Shown: positions 58,822-64,000 of the stretch, piece by piece
Layout: the number at the start of each line of letters is the position of its first letter
Position numbering within the stretch: position 1 is the first letter of the stretch
DNA from: Deltaproteobacteria bacterium
GTDB lineage: Bacteria > Myxococcota > Kuafuiibacteriia > Kuafuiibacteriales > Kuafuiibacteriaceae
Direction of reading: 5' to 3'
DNA: 64,000 bases
Assembly: GCA_040218735.1 (NCBI GenBank)
Contig: JAVJQW010000050.1
Location: 96,001 to 160,000 of the forward strand
Program-made: the position numbers and the translations under genes
The notes under the pieces: model-generated
Databases searched by the model: none
Told to the model about the DNA's origin: nothing
What the model saw: the letters and a program-made list of their open reading frames with translations, nothing else

Positions 58822-59159
58822 CGGCGCCCAACCGAGGCCTAACCGCGCACGGTCACCACCCACGCGCCGTCGGCGGTGTGCGCCGTCCCCTCGGCGAGGT
58901 CGCGATGGTCCACACACCCCCGATGCACCGGCCGCCCCACGTGACTGCGCACCACCTCCAGGCGGCGGGTCCGCATCCACAGCATCGCGGCGCGCTGGGG
59001 GAGCGCGATTCGGCTGGCGAGGCCCCGGGCCGAGACGTGGCGTTGCTGTGCGGCGCTCACCCTATCGTCTACGACGCCAAACCCACCGTTCTGACAACAA
59101 AAGCGACGTCGAGGGCGTTGAGCCACACCCGCCGCGATCTGCTAGGATGGCGCGCGTAG

Positions 59160-61151
59160 ATGGCGGGCTCCGCGGCGAACGTAGCCCCCGGCGAGGTGAT
59201 CGGGGCCTACGAGCTCGAACGCCTCCTCGGCGCCGGCTCCACGAGTAAGGTCTTCCTCGGTCGCCACAAGCTGCTGGGACGCCAGGCCGCGATCAAGGTC
59301 CTCGCGCAAGAGCTCGTCTCGAACCAGGACGTCGTCCACCGCCTCCTCACCGAGGCCCGCGTCGTCAACGACATCCGCCACCCGAACATCATCGACATCA
59401 TCGACTTCGTCGTCATCGAGAAGCCGCGGCGCGTCGCGCTGGTGATGGAGGTGATCGAAGGGCCGAGTCTGATGACGCTGCGGGGGTTCAAGTTCAGCCA
59501 CGAGCAGGCGCTCGGCATCGTGCTGCAGCTCGTCGACGCGGTCGGCGGCGCCCACGCCGCGGGGGTGATCCACCGCGACATCAAACCCGACAACCTCCTC
59601 CTCCAGGACGACCCGCGCGAGAGCGCGAAGGTGCCCACGCTCAAGGTCGTGGACTTCGGCATCGCGAAGCTCGCCGGCAAGAGCGGCCGCACCGCGACCG
59701 GCATGATGCTCGGGACCCCGGCGTACATGGCGCCCGAGCAGGTCGCGGGGCGCCCGCCACCGAGCACCGCGACGGACGTCTTCGCGATCGGGGAGGTGCT
59801 CTACGAAGTCCTCGCGGGCGAGCGCGCGTACCCGTCGAAGGCGATCCACGAGACGGTCCGCGCCAAGATCCGCGGCGAGCTCCCGGACATGAAGCTGCCC
59901 GACGGCACGCCCAACGCGGACCGGCTCATGCAGCTCATCGTGAAGTGTTTGGAGCGGCGCCCCGAGGACCGCCCCTCGATCGACGACGTGAAAGAGACCC
60001 TCGTCGATCTGTTCCCGTCGAACTGGCGCCCCAGCGCGTCGCTCGCGGAGCGCCTCATCGCCAACACCCTCGGCACCGGCCCGCACCCCGTCGCGCAGAG
60101 CGCCGACGCACCGACCACGCAGCTCGAGCCCGTGAGCCCCGAGCTCCCGACGACCGCGCCCCGCGAGAAGAAGATGTCGATCCTCGCGCTCCCCAACGTG
60201 GACGCGACGATGGATCCCGCCGCGCTCGGCGAGGGCGCGAACCCGACGGACATGCTGACGTCGCCGCGCGCCGACGAGATCACCGATCGCAGCGCCGACC
60301 AGGATCTGGAGTACGCGTCGACGCAGCTCGCGTTCGAAGACGACAGCGGCCTGGTGAACGCGCCAACCCTCCCCCCCGTAGCGAGGACGGAGCTCGCGTC
60401 GGCGGCGGGCCTCGAGAGCAGCGGCTCGCACGACAGCCTGAAGATCGACACCTCCGACACCGCCGTGACGATGCTCGGCGCTGACGCGTTGCTGTCGCCG
60501 GCGGGCGTGCAGGAGGCGCCCGAGACGAACCCGCAGATGCCGGCCCCGACGGCCGAGCTTCGCGGGCGTTCGCGCCTCACGCAGGAGCTGGAGCTCGCGG
60601 TCGATCAGGTCACGAGTCCACCCGACGACGAGTTCGGGGAGCCCACGCGCCCGGCCGACGACCCGGAGCTCGCGGAGATGGCCTCCGACTCCGTCATCGA
60701 GTCCGGCCACGCGGTCGACGATCCGGCGAAGCGCCACTCCCCACCGTCCGTCCTCCTCGAACCGGCGGCCCGCGAACAACGCGCACCACCGCCGCGCAAG
60801 AGCCGGGTGTGGACGCTGATCGTCGCGCTGTGGATCGTCGCGTGTGTCCTCCTCGCGGTGATCCTGCTGATGCCCAAGAAGCAGCGCGCGCCGACCGCGC
60901 CCACGCAGGGCATCGACAAGCCGACGACGCCCATCGTGGTTGGCCCGATCACCATCAACAGCGATCCGCAGGGGGCCACCGTCACCGACGTCGCGTCCTC
61001 GCGCGCGCTCGGGGAGACGCCGCTGGAGCTCACGGAGAAGCAGCGCCGCGGCGTTCGCCTCGTTCGTATCGAGAAGAGCGGCTACAAACGCGCGACGGTG
61101 GACCTGTCGTCCACGAGCGGGAACGTCTGGATGGAGCTCGACGCCGAGTGA
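59160..61151 (+). CDS. Hanks-type Ser/Thr kinase with TM and C-terminal PEGA domain
   Basis: LGAG, AIK, HRDIKPDN, DFG, YMAPE; TM segment; INSDPQGATV. Confidence 0.92.
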   Translation: MAGSAANVAPGEVIGAYELERLLGAGSTSKVFLGRHKLLGRQAAIKVLAQELVSNQDVVHRLLTEARVVNDIRHPNIIDIIDFVVIEKPRRVALVMEVIEGPSLMTLRGFKFSHEQALGIVLQLVDAVGGAHAAGVIHRDIKPDNLLLQDDPRESAKVPTLKVVDFGIAKLAGKSGRTATGMMLGTPAYMAPEQVAGRPPPSTATDVFAIGEVLYEVLAGERAYPSKAIHETVRAKIRGELPDMKLPDGTPNADRLMQLIVKCLERRPEDRPSIDDVKETLVDLFPSNWRPSASLAERLIANTLGTGPHPVAQSADAPTTQLEPVSPELPTTAPREKKMSILALPNVDATMDPAALGEGANPTDMLTSPRADEITDRSADQDLEYASTQLAFEDDSGLVNAPTLPPVARTELASAAGLESSGSHDSLKIDTSDTAVTMLGADALLSPAGVQEAPETNPQMPAPTAELRGRSRLTQELELAVDQVTSPPDDEFGEPTRPADDPELAEMASDSVIESGHAVDDPAKRHSPPSVLLEPAAREQRAPPPRKSRVWTLIVALWIVACVLLAVILLMPKKQRAPTAPTQGIDKPTTPIVVGPITINSDPQGATVTDVASSRALGETPLELTEKQRRGVRLVRIEKSGYKRATVDLSSTSGNVWMELDAE

Positions 61152-61158
61152 GTCGACC

Positions 61159-62193
61159 TCAAGCGTCGGTCGGGACGAAGACGCGATAGTTCGAAGCGCC
61201 GCGCAGAGAGGTGATCTGGCTCTGGACGTGGTCGCTCGCCTCGCGGCCATCACCGAGCGCGACCGAGATGTGCCCGTGCGGGCTGGCCGACGTCTGGCCC
61301 CAGACCACCACCGCGCCGGGCGGGAGCTGCGTGAGGTTCTCGGGCGAGACCTCGACCTCCTGGAACCGTCCGCTCGCCGCGAGCTGGTCCGCCGCCTCGT
61401 AGGCCGAGCCTCCGGTGAGCTGCACACCCGTCGACTGCGCGACCGCCTGCTTCACGCCGCGATAACACCAACCGGTGGTGCCCATCCCGTTCGCGACCTG
61501 CTCCGCGGTGTGCGCAAGCGCTTCGCCCGCGCTCGATCCGGGCGGGGGCGGACCGACCGGCGCGGGACCACTCGGCGCCGGCGCGGAGCGGTTCGTGCCG
61601 GTGTGCTGCCCACCACCGCCGTAGCTGTTCGTCCCCCCCGGCCCCCAAGAGCCCTGCGGGGCGACGCTCGCGTGCGGCTGCGAGGCCACCGGCCCCGGGT
61701 TGTTCTGGTTCTGACGGTACTGGTCGAGCAGCGTGAAGAGGCTGATGAGGTCCTCGGCGGAGAGCCCGCTGAAGTCCCCCGTCGCGAGCGCGTGCTGGAT
61801 GTCCGAGTCGGGCCGCCCCTCGAGCGGCGTCCCGTCCGCGTACAGCTCGGCGAAGAGGTCCTTGATCGCCGACTCCAGCTCCTCGCGCGACATGTCTTCG
61901 ACGCCGTCGATGCCGCTGAGCGGCCCGAGGTCGCGGCCGGACTCGGGGAGGCCCATGAGCTGCGACCACATCAGGCTGGGATCGATCTCGGCGCCCGCGT
62001 GCCCGGCGGTAAACTCCGCCAACTCCGGCGAAAGGCCCTCGAGGATCGAGAACTGGTCACCCTGCGCCAGGCCGGGGATCGGCATCCCAGGGGCCGCGGG
62101 CGTCTGCTGCCCAACGAACGGGAGGTTCAGCCACGGCTGCAGGAGAGGGTTGTCTTCGGGCGAACGAACGAACCACGACATCTCGACGTTCAT
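61159..62193 (-). CDS. Protein with C-terminal CHAP/NlpC-P60-like cysteine amidase domain
   Basis: GWCYRGV...LPPGAVVVW...HGHISVALGDGREASD; low-complexity N-terminus; no signal peptide. Confidence 0.7.
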   Translation of the reverse strand: MNVEMSWFVRSPEDNPLLQPWLNLPFVGQQTPAAPGMPIPGLAQGDQFSILEGLSPELAEFTAGHAGAEIDPSLMWSQLMGLPESGRDLGPLSGIDGVEDMSREELESAIKDLFAELYADGTPLEGRPDSDIQHALATGDFSGLSAEDLISLFTLLDQYRQNQNNPGPVASQPHASVAPQGSWGPGGTNSYGGGGQHTGTNRSAPAPSGPAPVGPPPPGSSAGEALAHTAEQVANGMGTTGWCYRGVKQAVAQSTGVQLTGGSAYEAADQLAASGRFQEVEVSPENLTQLPPGAVVVWGQTSASPHGHISVALGDGREASDHVQSQITSLRGASNYRVFVPTDA

Positions 62194-62251
62194 TGTCGTC
62201 AGCCGCTTCGCAAACGTCCCTTACCGCCGGGCTGTAATCGTTCGCGACGCG

Positions 62252-63832
62252 CTACTTCTTCCCGCCGCCGCCTCGCGCGCGCGGGATACCGAACGCGTCG
62301 AGCCGGTTCAGGAAGGTCCGCATCGGCATCTCCAAGGCCGCAGCGGCGTCGCGCTGCGTCGGGTAACGCTCCAGCGCTTCCAGGATGCGGCGCTTCTCGA
62401 GCGCGGCGATCTCGTCCTTGAGCGAGAGCCGCTCGCCCTCCTGAAGGGGCGGGGCCGCGGTGGGGTTCGTCTTGGCGTCGGCGATCTGCGCGCCGAAGAA
62501 GTCGACCTCCAGCGTCTCACCGGTGCACAGGAGCACCGCGCGCTCGATCGCGTTCTTCAGCTCGCGCACGTTACCCGGCCAGCGGTGACCGAGCAGCTTC
62601 GACTTCGCGTTGTCGGTGAGCTGCGGCGTCGTCGCCCGACCGCGCGCGGCCTCGGCGATGAAACGCTCCGCGAGCGGCACGATATCCGCGGCGCGATCGC
62701 GGAGCGGCGGGACGTCGATCGTGATCTGATTGAGCCGGAAGTAGAGGTCCTTGCGGAACGTCCCCTTCTTCACGTTGGCGGCGAGGTCCTGGTTCGACGA
62801 CGCGATCACCCGAACGTCGAGCGCCGCGCCGTAGGCGTCGTCGAGCAGGTACCCGAGCGACAGCTGCGCGCGTGCCGAAAGGCCAGCGAGCTCGTCGAGG
62901 TGCACGGTGCCGCCCTTCGCGCGCGCGAGGAAGTTCGTGCTCGCTTCTTCGACGAACGCGTCGGACAGATCGACGCAGCTCGTCCGGACGAAGGGTCCGT
63001 GCGCCCGGTCCGACTTGTCGTGGATGATCTGCGCGACGAGGTCCTTGCCGACGCCCGTCTCGCCGAGGATCAGCACCGGGGTCGTGCTCGCCGCGACGCG
63101 ATCGACCAGCTCGACGACACGACGCATCGCCGGGTCGAGCGTGATGAGCTCCTTCTTCTTGTCGGGCGTGGTGTGCGAGGGCCGCGTGGTGCGGGTCTCC
63201 GCGATCTGGAGGAGCTTGTCGCGGCGCCCCTCGTCGGTGTGCGCGACGCCGATCAGCACCTCGGCGCCGAGCCCGTACAGGTGGTCGACGATCGGTCCGA
63301 GCACGTCGCGCGCGTGGCGCTCGGTCGCGTTGGGCACGAACACACCGACCTGCTGCGCGCCGAGGGGGGCGATCACTAGCTCGGGCCGGGCGTGCTCCGT
63401 GACCGTGTCGGCGAGGTTCGAGCCCGCCCCGGTGACGCGCAGCCGTGCGACGGCGCCGTCGCGCTCTTCGATGCAGCGCTCGAGGTAGCGGCGCGTGACG
63501 ACGTGGGGCGCCGCGGCCCGCGCCTCGTCCTCGACGGTGGCGAAGGAGACCTCGACGGAGCCGACGCGAATGCGATCGCCGTCTTCGAGATCGACCGTCT
63601 TGCCGACCGGGAGCGCCGACTCCTGGTCGCCGAGGAGGCGCGCGGTGTCGGCGTCGTTCACGCGGATGCCGACGCCGTGGTCCAGGTAGATCTCCAGGTG
63701 GTTGTCCGCGACGCCGGCCTCGGCGATCACGATGTCGTTTGCGATCGCGCGCCCCAGCGTGAGCGTCTCGAGCGGCGGCATCGCCATCCGCAGGGACGTC
63801 GCGCGCCCCCGCACCATCAGATACCGCGTCAC
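62252..63832 (-). CDS. FHA-domain bEBP-like AAA+ transcriptional regulator lacking GAFTGA
   Basis: FHA (LGR...DIVI...NH), GETGVGKD, LDE, FRKDLYFRLN, WPGNVREL, C-terminal Fis-like HTH. Confidence 0.85.
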   Translation of the reverse strand: MTRYLMVRGRATSLRMAMPPLETLTLGRAIANDIVIAEAGVADNHLEIYLDHGVGIRVNDADTARLLGDQESALPVGKTVDLEDGDRIRVGSVEVSFATVEDEARAAAPHVVTRRYLERCIEERDGAVARLRVTGAGSNLADTVTEHARPELVIAPLGAQQVGVFVPNATERHARDVLGPIVDHLYGLGAEVLIGVAHTDEGRRDKLLQIAETRTTRPSHTTPDKKKELITLDPAMRRVVELVDRVAASTTPVLILGETGVGKDLVAQIIHDKSDRAHGPFVRTSCVDLSDAFVEEASTNFLARAKGGTVHLDELAGLSARAQLSLGYLLDDAYGAALDVRVIASSNQDLAANVKKGTFRKDLYFRLNQITIDVPPLRDRAADIVPLAERFIAEAARGRATTPQLTDNAKSKLLGHRWPGNVRELKNAIERAVLLCTGETLEVDFFGAQIADAKTNPTAAPPLQEGERLSLKDEIAALEKRRILEALERYPTQRDAAAALEMPMRTFLNRLDAFGIPRARGGGGKK

Positions 63833-64000
63833 GATCGCACCCACTCCGGGAGGTGTTCGACGCGCACCGAGTCGAGGCGACGGCTCGCGATCTCGTGCAC
63901 CAGGCGGTTGAGGCCACGCAGGTTCTCCGGCCAGTCCTCGAGGACGAGCCGCTCCGCGGCCTCCGCGTGGATGCGCGGCGGGTGGGTGTCGATGTCGCGC
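63829..64000 (-). CDS. C-terminus of a bEBP-like AAA+ protein (lid region), partial
   Basis: Manual translation RIHAEAAERLVLEDWPENLRGLNRLVHEIASRRLDSVRVEHLPEWVRS*; its stop overlaps the next GTG. Confidence 0.6.
   Translation of the reverse strand, partial: RDIDTHPPRIHAEAAERLVLEDWPENLRGLNRLVHEIASRRLDSVRVEHLPEWVRS

Noticed and set aside
58839-59126. Small minus-strand ORF in the gap between the HEAT and kinase genes
   Set aside because: No recognisable motif or clear RBS. It could be real but cannot be supported.
45500-64000. T3SS locus as a recently acquired mobile island
   Set aside because: No integrase, transposase, tRNA or flanking direct repeats were seen, and composition looks like the rest of the window.

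Overview
This is a high-GC, gene-dense window, probably from a Myxococcota/deltaproteobacterial genome (inferred from PEGA/TPR proteins, an MXAN_5187-C-like protein, an FHA-bEBP, a eukaryotic-type Ser/Thr kinase and short EF-Ts). The first ~45 kb is mostly housekeeping and accessory genes. It carries dusA, an NTT-HEAT-cNMP transporter, a radical SAM enzyme, a partial nuo block (E-F-J-K), a polyferredoxin, a TatT-TRAP transporter, nupC, a MoxR/DUF58/transglutaminase operon, rpsB-tsf, cytochrome-c lipoproteins, a CocE hydrolase, a steroid 5-alpha-reductase/3-beta-HSD-like pair, and two copies of a REPIN-like inverted-repeat element. The most interesting part is ~45.6-64 kb, an atypical non-flagellar type III secretion locus. 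It has sctV preceded by SctX/SctY-like genes, three small translocator-like proteins and two filament/needle-like proteins. These are transcribed from back-to-back sigma54-type promoters. Around them lie candidate effectors (a calpain-like protein with Cys->Ala at the catalytic site, a toxin-like protein, a signal-less CHAP-like amidase, a PG-binding protein), a Ser/Thr kinase and tandem enhancer-binding-protein-like genes, one lacking GAFTGA. All calls come from motif recognition by eye; no database searches were run. Where a start differs from the ORF track, it is my choice based on RBS or stop/start overlap.
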